From assembly GCF_963921235.1 (NCBI RefSeq), contig NC_086097.1, positions 114,206,001 to 114,270,000 of the forward strand: 64,000 nucleotides of DNA, read 5' to 3'. The notes below the pieces were generated by a model. The model was not told the DNA's origin. It was given only the letters and a program-made list of their open reading frames with translations, and did no database searches. Positions 42,268-52,006 of the stretch are shown one piece after another (position 1 is the first letter of the stretch; every line of letters starts with the position of its first letter). The position numbers and the translations under genes are program-made. This stretch comes from Mobula hypostoma. Taxonomy: Eukaryota.

Positions 42268-42424
42268 CTTGTAAGGCACTAAACTCTGATATCTCTGTGA
42301 AATGGAAATTTTAAATGATGTAAAACATCTTAAACTTGCTGTACACATTTATACATTTCTTTACTGAACCATCCCTAGGATGTTTCAGAGGCATGAAAAT
42401 TAACACACTGCGATGAACATGGTT

Positions 42425-42652
42425 TAAGTGGTTAGCACTATGTTTTACGGTACAGGTGACCTGGGTTCAATTCCCACCATTGCCTAGAAGGAGTTTCTAC
42501 GTTCTCCCTGTGACCATCCTCCCACAGTCCAGAGGTTAATTGGTCATTGTAAATTGTCCTGGGATTAGGCTCAGATGAAATTGGAAGATTGCTGGGTGAC
42601 ATGCTCGAAGGGCTTATTCTGCGCTGTATCTCTATAAATAAAAATAAATAAT
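42425..42652 (+). mobile_element. tRNA-derived SINE (HE1/V-SINE-like)
   Basis: A-box-like GTGGTTAGCAC, B-box GGTTCAATTCC, CR1-like 3' end, (AAAT)n tail. Confidence 0.75.
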
Positions 42653-43239
42653 AGGATAAGGCCTTCAACGATCAACATACTAGAGAAACTCAGCGGGCCA
42701 GGCAACTTCTGTGAAGGGAAATGCAAAGTCACGCTGAGATTCTTCATCTAAAAAGCTACTTCACTGAATAAAATGGTCCTTAAAAGGGATGAATTGTAAA
42801 GCCTGAGGTCAAAAGCTGAACGGGCATCATTGAGTTGAGGCATGGGTAACACAGTAAAGAAGCAAGGCCCGAGAGGAAACCAGACAAATACACGAGTCAT
42901 AAGGCATAAGGAGTGTATTAGGCAGGAAACAAAAAGGCTATTTTAAGTGAGTGGGCAGTATTGGGTAAAAGCTTAAACCTATGGACGGAGGAAGATAGTT
43001 CATTAAAAGCAGCAAAGTATAGTCAGGTATACAAAAGGATTAAAGAATTGCAGAAGATCCTGATGTAGGGGTTCCTCCCCCACCCCCCACAGATGCTGTT
43101 TGTCCGTTGAGTTTAACCAACAGATCGTTTGCTGCTCCAGATTCCAGCATCTGCAGTCTCTTCTATATCTCAGAAAGGCTTTTTTTAAGTTGAGAAAGGA
43201 CTGATACAAGATGAAAGCATCCAGTCACGGGTGTACTGC

Positions 43240-43830
43240 AGGGTCTCTGGCAGTCGAACTGCGTGCTCCCACAGACAGACGGAATAGTCCCCTTACATCA
43301 AGGCTAAACCTCGCCTATAAAACACCCTCGGACAACCTCTTCTCCCTAACCCACTAACCAAAGCCAAGTGAGAATGGAACCCACCCCTGCGTTGAAACAC
43401 AAGTTCAAGTACATCAAGAATGAACTGAAATGGGAAGCAACATTAATACTATGCTCCCCTCGGACTCGAACAGAGTCTCCTCACATCTCCCTGTCTCTCA
43501 CGCACGCCTTGCTCACACAGCGCCGCCGCCAAATGTGTGCGCGCGCTTCGCTACACGTCATCGAAGCACCTCCCACTTGCGAACTGGACGGCGTCTCGCG
43601 GCCGTTCCCTTTCGACCGCGCCTGCGCTGCGGTAGGTGTTTCGCAAGACTGAGACCTCGCTATTCGGGTTTTAGTCTCAGTAAGACAGAGATGGTCCCTA
43701 TTTTGGCTTATTTTGTTACACTCGTGAACCCGAGACTCTTGCATTCACTAGTGGGGTATTACAGTCGCTCAAATCGACGGCATTGGTCGACCACCTATTA
43801 TCGCAGCAGAACGCAAACGCAAACGCAAAG
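43240..43830 (-). promoter_or_regulatory. CpG-rich promoter and putative non-coding exon 1 of C18orf63
   Basis: The clearest non-TE CpG-dense patch in the window, 1-1.5 kb upstream of the ATG exon. Candidate donor GGCGGCGCTGT|GTGAGC has its GT at 43516-43515. Confidence 0.6.
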
Positions 43831-44171
43831 GATTTTGCGGATGATGGAAATCCAGAGTATCAGGCAAAAATGCTGGAAGAACTCATCATGGTCCACTCTC
43901 CTCCCCTAACCAATTCCTTCTTCTCCAGCCTTTAACTTTTTTCACATTCCACCTCCCAGCTTCTTATTTCATCACCCAGCAGGCTTCACCTATTTCCTTA
44001 CCCTCCCCCATCCCCATACACATGCCCACCTTATTCTGTCTACTTCCCCCTTCCTTTCCGGTTTATTCATTTCCATAGGTGCTGCTTGAACTGCTGAGTT
44101 CCTCCAGGCCACCTGTGGGCTGCTCGCTGTAAGCAGGGGCGATGGAGCAGAGAAAAGTGGAGGTGCCAGCA

Positions 44172-45600
44172 GCACACACAAGATACTGGAGGGACTCAGC
44201 AGGTCAGGCAGCATTTATGGAAAAATATTCAGTCGACGTTTCGGGCTCGGGCAGAACTGGTTCTCACACTCAATAACTTCTCTTTTGGCTCTTCCCACTT
44301 TCTTCAGACTAAGGGTGTAGCTATGGGAACTCAACATGGGCCCTAGCTATGCCTGCCTCTTTGTTGGTTCTGTGGAACAGTCTGTGCTCCAAACCTATTC
44401 TGGTACTCCTCCCCAACTTTTCCTTCGGTACATTGACGACTACATTGGTGCTGCTTCCTGCACCTATGCTGAGCTCATCAATTTCATCGACTTTACTTCT
44501 AACTTCCACCCAGCCCTCAAATTTGCTTGGTCTATCTTGGACACTTCTCTCCCCTTTCTCGATTTCTCGGTCTCCATCTCTGGAGACAGACTGTCCACTG
44601 ACATCTTCTACAAGCCCACTGACTCTCATAACTATCTCGACTATACCTCTTCCCACCCTGCCACATGCAAAAATGCCATTCCCTATTCCCAGTTCCTCCA
44701 TCTCGGCGCATCTGCTCCGAGGATGAGGTTTTCCATTCCTGGACATCTCTCATGTCCTCTTTCTTTAAGGATTGTGGTTTCCCTTCTGCTGTCATCAATG
44801 ATGCCCTCACCCGCATCTCCTCCATTTCCCACACTTCGGCCCCACCCCATCCTCCCGCCACCACAACAGGGACAGAGTTCCCCTTGTCCTCACCTACCAC
44901 CCCACCAGCCTCCGGATCGAGCACATTATCTTCCACAACTTCCGCCACCTTCAACAGGACCCTACCACTAAGCATATCTTTCCTTCTCCACCCCTCACTG
45001 CTTTCTGCAGGGATTGGTCCCTCCGCGACTCCCTGATCCACACGTCCCTCCCCATGAACCTCCCACCTGGCACTTATCCCTGTAAGCGCAAGTGCTACAC
45101 CTGTCCCTACACCTCCCCTCTTGCCACCATTCAGGGCCCCGAACAGACTTTCCAAGTGAGGCAACACTTCACTTGTGAATCTGTTGGGGTCATCTATTGC
45201 ATCCGGTGTGGCCTCCTTCACATCGGTGAAACCCGAGGCAGATTGGGGGACCGTTTCGTCGAGCACCTCTGCTCCGTCCACCAAAACAGACAGGATCTCC
45301 CAGTAGCCACCCACTTCAACTCTGCTTCCCACTCCCATTCAGATATGTCCATACATGGCCTCCTCTACTGCCATGATGAGGCAAAACTCAGGTTGGAGGA
45401 GCAACACCTCATATACCGTCTACGTAGTCTCCAGCCCCTTGGTATGAACATAGAAATCTCCAACTTCCGGTAATTCCCTCCCCCTCCCTTCCTCTATCCC
45501 TATGTCACTCTGCCCCCTCCCCCAGCTGCCTATCGCCTCCCTCATGGTTCTGCCTCCTTCTACTACTCATTGTGTTTTCCCCTATTCCTTCTTCACCTTG
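44172..45600 (+). mobile_element. Penelope-like element, 5'-truncated (RT plus GIY-YIG), with inverted terminal-repeat piece
   Basis: QTKGVAMGT/MGPSYACLF and FLRYIDD RT motifs; VIYCIRC..HIGET..RLGDRFVEH endonuclease; frameshifted. Confidence 0.9.
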
Positions 45601-45736
45601 GAGAAGCATTGCCAGGGAAGGAGCATTATCTCGCCAAAGTTGCTGATTACTCACCAGAAATGGAAGTACAGACAACAGTTCCATCACAGTCATGGCCTAT
45701 TACCTGTCTTGAGATCAGGTGCAATCAGTTCCATCA

Positions 45737-46108
45737 GCATAGTACAGCACAGAACCAGGCTCTTGGACCCATCTAGTTCATGTTGACTTGATCTGCCTAG
45801 TCCTATCAACCTACACCTTGGCCGTAGCTCTCAAAACCCCTCTCATTCAGGTCCCTATCTAAACCTTCACCTTTCACCGTAAATGTATGACCACAGGTTC
45901 TAGTCTCACCCATCCTGAAGAGAAACGGCTGCATGCATTCATCCTGTAATTGTGTATCTTCCTATAAGAACATGCCTCATTCTCCTGCATTCCAAGGAAT
46001 AAAGTCCTAGCCTATTTGACCTTTCCCTATAACTCAAGTCCTGGGAACACCCTTGAAAATTATCTCTGCACTCTTTCAAGCTTATTGGTGCCCATTCTGC
46101 AGGAAGAT
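45737..46108 (-). mobile_element. Older CR1 3' fragment that is the insertion target of the intact CR1
   Basis: CR1 3' UTR on the minus strand; appears to resume at 50452. Confidence 0.6.
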
Positions 46109-46418
46109 TCGAAGAAGGAGTCTGAGAGTCTGAGTGGGAGTGCCGAAAAAGAGATTTTTGAAATTTTCGTTATTTTTTTTTCTCCAATGGCTTTCTGAGA
46201 GGCGGGACTGCGCAGGCGTGTGACGTAGGGCAGTGCAGCGCGGCAGATTTAAAAGGAACAGAGCCTCATAGAGCGGGCAGCGTAGTTTGCGGGCGGCGGA
46301 GTGAGCCGGGAGCAGAGTGAAGACTTAAGGGCTTCGGCTCACCGGGCTTAGGCGGAAGCGGGCGAGGCGAGGAAGGTTTGACATTCATTTTCTGTTGCTA
46401 TTTGAGGAGAGGGGCATT

Positions 46419-47354
46419 ATGACTGTGAGGGCAGTTTGCTGTTCTCGGTGTCGGATGTGGGAGGCCCTGGAGTCTCCAAGCCTCCCGGACGTCTACATCT
46501 GCGCCAAGTGCATCGAGATGCAGCTCCTAAGGGACCGCGTTACGGAACTGGAGCTGCAGCTCGATGACCTTCGTCTGGTCAGGGAGAGTGAGGAGGTGAT
46601 AGAGAGGAGTGGAAGGCAGGTGGTCACGCCGGGGCCACGGGAGGCAGACAAGTGGGTCACGGTTAGGAGGGGGAAGGGGAAAAGGAAGGTGATGGGGAGT
46701 ACCCCGGCGGCTGTGCCCCTTAACAACAGGTACTCCTGTTTGAGTACTGTTGGGGGGGACAGCTTACCCGGGGGAAGCGACAGTGGCCCTGCCTCCGGCA
46801 CAGAGTCTGGCCCTGTAGCTCAGAAGGGTAGGGCAAGGAAGAGGAGGGCAGTTGTGATAGGGGACTCGATAGTAAGGGGGTCAGATAGGCGATTCGGTGG
46901 ACGCAGTCCAGAGACTCGGATGGTAGTTTGCCTCCCTGGTGCCAGGGTCCGGGATATTTCTGATCGTGTCCAAGATATCCTGAAGTGGGAGGGTGAAGAG
47001 CCAGAGGTCCTGGTACATATAGGTACCAATGACATAGGTAGGAAAAGGGATGAGGTCCTGAAAGAAGAATATAGGGAGCTAGGAAGGGAGTTGAGAAAAA
47101 GGACCGCAAAGGTAGTAATCTCGGGATTACTGCCTGTGCCACGCGACAGTGAGAGTAGGAATGCGATGAGGTGGAGGATAAATGCGTGGCTGAGGGATTG
47201 GAGCAGGGGGCAGGGATTCAAGTTTTTGGATCATTGGGACCTCTTTTGGCGCAGGTGTGACCTGTACAAAAAGGACGGGTTACACTTAAATCCTCGGGGG
47301 ACCAATATCCTGGCAGGGAGATTAGCGGGGGCTACTGAGGTGACTTTAAACTAG
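46419..47354 (+). CDS. CR1 ORF1p: zinc finger, leucine zipper and SGNH esterase
   Basis: CSRC..CAKC, coiled coil, GDS / GTND / DGLHLN motifs; first ATG at 46419. Confidence 0.92.
   Translation: MTVRAVCCSRCRMWEALESPSLPDVYICAKCIEMQLLRDRVTELELQLDDLRLVRESEEVIERSGRQVVTPGPREADKWVTVRRGKGKRKVMGSTPAAVPLNNRYSCLSTVGGDSLPGGSDSGPASGTESGPVAQKGRARKRRAVVIGDSIVRGSDRRFGGRSPETRMVVCLPGARVRDISDRVQDILKWEGEEPEVLVHIGTNDIGRKRDEVLKEEYRELGRELRKRTAKVVISGLLPVPRDSESRNAMRWRINAWLRDWSRGQGFKFLDHWDLFWRRCDLYKKDGLHLNPRGTNILAGRLAGATEVTLN
47345..47351 (+). promoter_or_regulatory. Candidate -1 ribosomal frameshift slippery site T_TTA_AAC
   Basis: X_XXY_YYZ heptamer in phase with ORF1, directly before its TAG; the -1 frame is ORF2. 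Confidence 0.7.
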
Positions 47355-50300
47355 AATGGTTGGGGGGTGGGAATCAAATTAAAGCGGCTAGGTGTGAGGA
47401 GGTTAGTTCACAACAGAGGGATGGGAACCAGTGCAGAGAGACAGAGGGGTGTAAAGTGAGCGTAGAAGCAAAAAGTACAAAGGGGAAAAGTAAAAGTGGC
47501 AGGCCGACAAATCCAGGGCAAGCATTAAAAAGGGCTAAGAGAGTTGTAAAAGAGTGCCTGAAGGCTTTATGTGTCAATGCAAGGAGCATTCGTAATAAGG
47601 TGGATGAATTGAAAGTGCAGATTGTTATTAATGATTATGATATAGTTGGGATCACAGAGACATGGCTCCAGGGTGACCAGGGATGGGAGCTCAACGTTCA
47701 GGGATATTCAATATTCAGGAGGGATAGACACGAAGGAAGGGGAGGTGGGGTGGCGTTGCTGGTTAAAAAAGAGATTAACGCAATAGAAAGGAAGGACATA
47801 AGCCGGGAAGATGTGGAATCGATATGGGTAGAGCTGCGTAACACTAAGGGGCAGAAGACGCTGGTGGGAGTTGTGTACAGGCCACCTAACAGTAGTAGTG
47901 AGGTCGGAGATGGTATTAAACAGGAAATTAGAAATGTGTGCAATAAAGGAACAGCAGTTATAATGGGTGACTTCAATCTACATGTAGACTGGGTGAACCA
48001 AATTGGTAAAGGTGCTGAGGAAGAGGATTTCTTGGAATGTATGCGGGATGGTTTTTTGAACCAACATGTCGAGGAACCGACTAGAGAGCAGGCTATTCTG
48101 GACTGGGTTTTGAGCAATGAGGAAGGGTTAATTAGCGATCTTGTCGTGAGAGGCCCCTTGGGTAAGAGTGACCATAATATGGTGGAATTCTTCATTAACA
48201 TGGAGAGTGACGTAGTTAATTCAGAAACAAAGGTTCTGAACTTAAAGAGGGGTAACTTTGAAGGTATGAGACATGAATTAGCTAAGATAGACTGGCAAAT
48301 GACACTTCAAGGATTGACGGTGGATATGCAATGGCAGGCATTTAAAGGTTGCATGGATGAACTACAACAATTGTTCATCCCAGTTTGGCAAAAGAATAAA
48401 TCAAGGAAGGTAGTGCACCCGTGGCTGACAAGAGAAATTAGGGATAGTATCAATTCCAAAGAAGTAGCATACAAATTAGCCAGAGAAAGTGGCTCACCTG
48501 AGGACTGGGAGAAATTCAGAGTTCAGCAGAGGAGGACAAAGGGCTTAATTAGGAAGGGGAAAAAAGATTATGAGAGAAAACTGGCAGAGAACATAAAAAC
48601 GGACTGTAAAAGCTTTTATAGATATGTAAAAAGGAAAAGACTGATAAAGACAAATGTAGGTCCCCTGCAAACAGAAACAGGTGAATTGATTATGGGGAGC
48701 AAGGACATGGCAGACCAATTGAATAATTACTTTGGTTCTGTCTTCACTAAGGAGGACATAAATAATCTTCCAGAAATAGTAAGGGACAGAGGGTCCAGTG
48801 AGATGGAGGAACTGAGCGAAATACATGTTAGTAGGGAAGTGGTGTTAGGTAAATTGAAGGGATTGAAGGCAGATAAATCCCCAGGGCCAGATGGTCTGCA
48901 TCCCAGAGTGCTTAAGGAAGTGGCCCAAGAAATAGTGGATGCATTAGTGATAATTTTTCAAAACTCGTTAGATTCTGGACTAGTTCCTGAGGATTGGAGG
49001 GTGGCTAATGTAACCCCACTTTTTAAAAAAGGAGGGAGAGAGAAACCGGGGAATTATAGGCCGGTTAGCCTAACGTCGGTGGTGGGGAAACTGCTGGAGT
49101 CAGTTATCAAGGATGTGATAACAGCACATTTGGAAAGCGGTGAAATGATCGGACAAAGTCAGCATGGATTTGTGAAAGGAAAATCATGTCTGACGAATCT
49201 CATAGAATTTTTTGAGGATGTAACTAGTAGAGTGGATAGGGGAGAACCAGTGGATGTGGTATATTTGGATTTTCAAAAGGCTTTTGACAAGGTCCCACAT
49301 AGGAGATTAGTGTGCAAACTTAAAGCACACGGTATTGGGGGTAAGGTATTGGTATGGGTGGAGAATTGGTTAGCAGACAGGAAGCAAAGAGTGGGAATAA
49401 ACGGGACCTTTTCAGAATGGCAGGCGGTGACTAGTGGGGTACCGCAAGGCTCAGTGCTGGGACCCCAGTTGTTTACAATATATATTAATGACTTGGATGA
49501 GGGAATTAAATGCAGCATCTCCAAGTTTGCGGATGACACGAAGCTGGGTGGCAGTGTTAGCAGTGAGGAGGATGCTAAGAGGATGCAGGGTGACTTGGAT
49601 AGGTTGGGTGAGTGGGCAAACTCATGGCAGATGCAATTTAATGTGGATAAATGTGAAGTTATCCACTTTGGTGGCAAAAATAGGAAAACAGATTATTATC
49701 TGAATGGTGGCCGATTAGGAAAAGGGGAGGTGCAACGAGACCTGGGTGTCATTATACACCAGTCATTGAAAGTGGGCATGCAGGTACAGCAGGCGGTGAA
49801 AAAGGCGAACGGTATGCTGGCATTTATAGCGAGAGGATTCGAGTACAGGAGCAGGGAGGTACTACTGCAGTTGTACAAGGCCTTGGTGAGACCACACCTG
49901 GAGTATTGTGTGCAGTTTTGGTCCCCTAATCTGAGGAAAGACATCTTTGCCATAGAGGGAGTACAAAGAAGGTTCACCAGATTGATTCCTGGGATGGCAG
50001 GTCTTTCATATGAAGAAAGACTGGATGAACTGGGCTTGTACTCGTTGGAATTTAGAAGATTGAGGGGGGATCTGATTGAAACGTATAAGATCCTAAAGGG
50101 ATTGGACAGGCTAGATGCAGGAAGATTGTTCCCGATGTTGGGGAGGTCTAGAACGAGGGGTCACAGTTTGAGGATAGAGGGGAAGCCTTTTAGGACCGAG
50201 GTTAGGAAAAACTTCTTCACACAGAGAGTGGTGAATCTGTGGAATTCTCTGCCACAGCAAACTGTTGAGGCCAGTTCATTAGCTATGTTTAAAAGGAAGT

Positions 50301-50359
50301 TAGATATGGCCCTTGTGGCTACAGGGGTCAGGGGGTATGGAGGGAAGGCTGGGTTCTGA
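47345..50359 (+). CDS. CR1 ORF2p: APE endonuclease and reverse transcriptase, with no upstream in-frame AUG
   Basis: NARS, ITETW, GDFN, SDH endonuclease motifs; PQGSVLGP and FADD RT motifs. Frame is open from 47339; first ATG at 47963. Confidence 0.93.
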   Translation, partial: FKLEWLGGGNQIKAARCEEVSSQQRDGNQCRETEGCKVSVEAKSTKGKSKSGRPTNPGQALKRAKRVVKECLKALCVNARSIRNKVDELKVQIVINDYDIVGITETWLQGDQGWELNVQGYSIFRRDRHEGRGGGVALLVKKEINAIERKDISREDVESIWVELRNTKGQKTLVGVVYRPPNSSSEVGDGIKQEIRNVCNKGTAVIMGDFNLHVDWVNQIGKGAEEEDFLECMRDGFLNQHVEEPTREQAILDWVLSNEEGLISDLVVRGPLGKSDHNMVEFFINMESDVVNSETKVLNLKRGNFEGMRHELAKIDWQMTLQGLTVDMQWQAFKGCMDELQQLFIPVWQKNKSRKVVHPWLTREIRDSINSKEVAYKLARESGSPEDWEKFRVQQRRTKGLIRKGKKDYERKLAENIKTDCKSFYRYVKRKRLIKTNVGPLQTETGELIMGSKDMADQLNNYFGSVFTKEDINNLPEIVRDRGSSEMEELSEIHVSREVVLGKLKGLKADKSPGPDGLHPRVLKEVAQEIVDALVIIFQNSLDSGLVPEDWRVANVTPLFKKGGREKPGNYRPVSLTSVVGKLLESVIKDVITAHLESGEMIGQSQHGFVKGKSCLTNLIEFFEDVTSRVDRGEPVDVVYLDFQKAFDKVPHRRLVCKLKAHGIGGKVLVWVENWLADRKQRVGINGTFSEWQAVTSGVPQGSVLGPQLFTIYINDLDEGIKCSISKFADDTKLGGSVSSEEDAKRMQGDLDRLGEWANSWQMQFNVDKCEVIHFGGKNRKTDYYLNGGRLGKGEVQRDLGVIIHQSLKVGMQVQQAVKKANGMLAFIARGFEYRSREVLLQLYKALVRPHLEYCVQFWSPNLRKDIFAIEGVQRRFTRLIPGMAGLSYEERLDELGLYSLEFRRLRGDLIETYKILKGLDRLDAGRLFPMLGRSRTRGHSLRIEGKPFRTEVRKNFFTQRVVNLWNSLPQQTVEASSLAMFKRKLDMALVATGVRGYGGKAGF

Positions 50360-51479
50360 GTTGGATGATCAGCCATGATCATAATAAATGGCGGTGCAGG
50401 CTCGAAGGGCCGAATGGCCTACTCCTGCACCTATTTTCTATGTTTCTATGTAAGATGACCAATATAACTCAAAAACTCTCAACCCAAGGGGCTAACAGCA
50501 ATCAAAGGGAAACGGGTACTGGGGCTGGGACTTTGGGAAGAGAGCTGTAAGTTAGGGCAGAGGGTCATAGATTCTGATAGTGATACTCCACTGATTCATG
50601 GGCACGTGATGGATGGTCAGGGGAATGAACTGAATGTGTTCGAGGGATCAGGTGAGCAATTACATTTGGAGGCTGGGGGAGGCCTGTTTCAAGATTGTTT
50701 ATTGTCATTCTCTGGTACCTGAATGTAAGGGAGAGCAAAATAATTGTTGCCCTGGATCCAAAGCAGTATTAAAAAAACAATAAAAATGAAAGAAATACTA
50801 TAAAACACAATGCACAATTAACTGCCATATACAGAGACTAACTGAATGTAGATAAATTGACCCCAGGTGATGTGTAGTGGGGGTTCATGGGTTGATCAGC
50901 CTGACTGGGGGGATGATAGAAGTTTATAAGATTATGAGAGACATAGATAGGGTGGACAACTGGTATATTTTTCCCAGTCATGATACTAGAAGATGTGCAA
51001 GGTGGCAAGTTCAAAGGATGCGTGTATGGCAAGTATTTTTTTAATGCAGAGAGTTGTGAATGCCCGGAAGGTGCTGCCGGGGTGGTGCAAGAGGCAGGTA
51101 CAACAGAGGTGCTGAAGGGACTCTTACATAAGCCAATGGATGGGCAGAGAATGGAGGGACATGGGCATTTTGTAGGCAGAACGGTTTAGTTCAGTTGTGG
51201 ATTTAGTCAGTAATTTAAATGGTTCAGCACAATGTTGTGTGCTGAAGTGCCTTTCGCTGTGCTGTACTGTTTAATGTTCTATGTTATAAGTTAAAGAGCA
51301 TCTGCCTGAGTTGTGTTTCCAGTGCTCACAGAAGCCTCCTTTAATTGTGCAAAGAAACGCAAAAATGAGGCTGATTGGATTATCCCACGATGATCTGGCA
51401 GTTACTTAATGGGCTGAATGTCATCCTGCAGTACTGTAATAATTCTCATTCTATATCCCCTTCTGGCTTTTTGGTAGAA

Positions 51480-52006
51480 GATTATTGCAGTAACTGAAGA
51501 TAATGGGTTCTAAAGCATTGCCCTGACAACCTCCTACAGCAATGTCCTTGTGCTAAGATAGCTGACCTTCAATGACCACAACTGTCTTTCTTTGAGCAGT
51601 GGATAATTTTTGACCTTGGTGCTCACTGCCCAGTTTTATCAGAGATCCTTGATGCTTCACTTGCTCAAAACCAATGATATCCAGGGCCGTTGCTCATTTA
51701 TCTCTAGAATTTTGGCTATTGTCCACATTTGTGATCTGCAGCTGAGTCCTGTAAGCTCTAAATTAAACTTTGGTGAGCAGGCTATATTGATCAGTAGGGC
51801 AATTATGGAATTATTGATCTCCAGGGAAATTAGGGAAGGGCTCTGTCTGCAAGCCCACATCCCATGAATGAATAAAAGTGTTGTTAAATAGCACTGGCAA
51901 TGATACTCCATTATTGTATTGAAGGTTGAGAATAGATTGAGGTGATAGTAATTCACAAGATTGGATTTCTCATGCTTCCTTTGGGTGGGATGTATGTACA
52001 GTGCCA
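51480..52006 (-). mobile_element. Ancient CR1/L2-like LINE relic; continues at 54488-54876 and probably from 63082
   Basis: Degenerate KHEKSNLVNYYHLNL, resembling KQDKSNPANYRPISL; the upstream ORF2 part is recognisable beyond the ERV. Confidence 0.5.

Larger units (their letters stand above)
46109..50451 (+). mobile_element. Full-length, apparently intact CR1 LINE (~4.3 kb)
   Basis: GC/CpG-rich 5' UTR, two open ORFs, (TTCTATGT)n tail, possible AAGAT TSD. The 5' boundary is approximate. Confidence 0.95.

Noticed and set aside
42425..42480. tRNA-like A and B boxes
   Set aside because: No full cloverleaf; this is a SINE head.
33666..50382. Many antisense and alternative-frame ORFs over the CR1 and Penelope elements, some duplicated
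   Set aside because: Shadows of TE coding sequence; the duplication only reflects two copies of one CR1.
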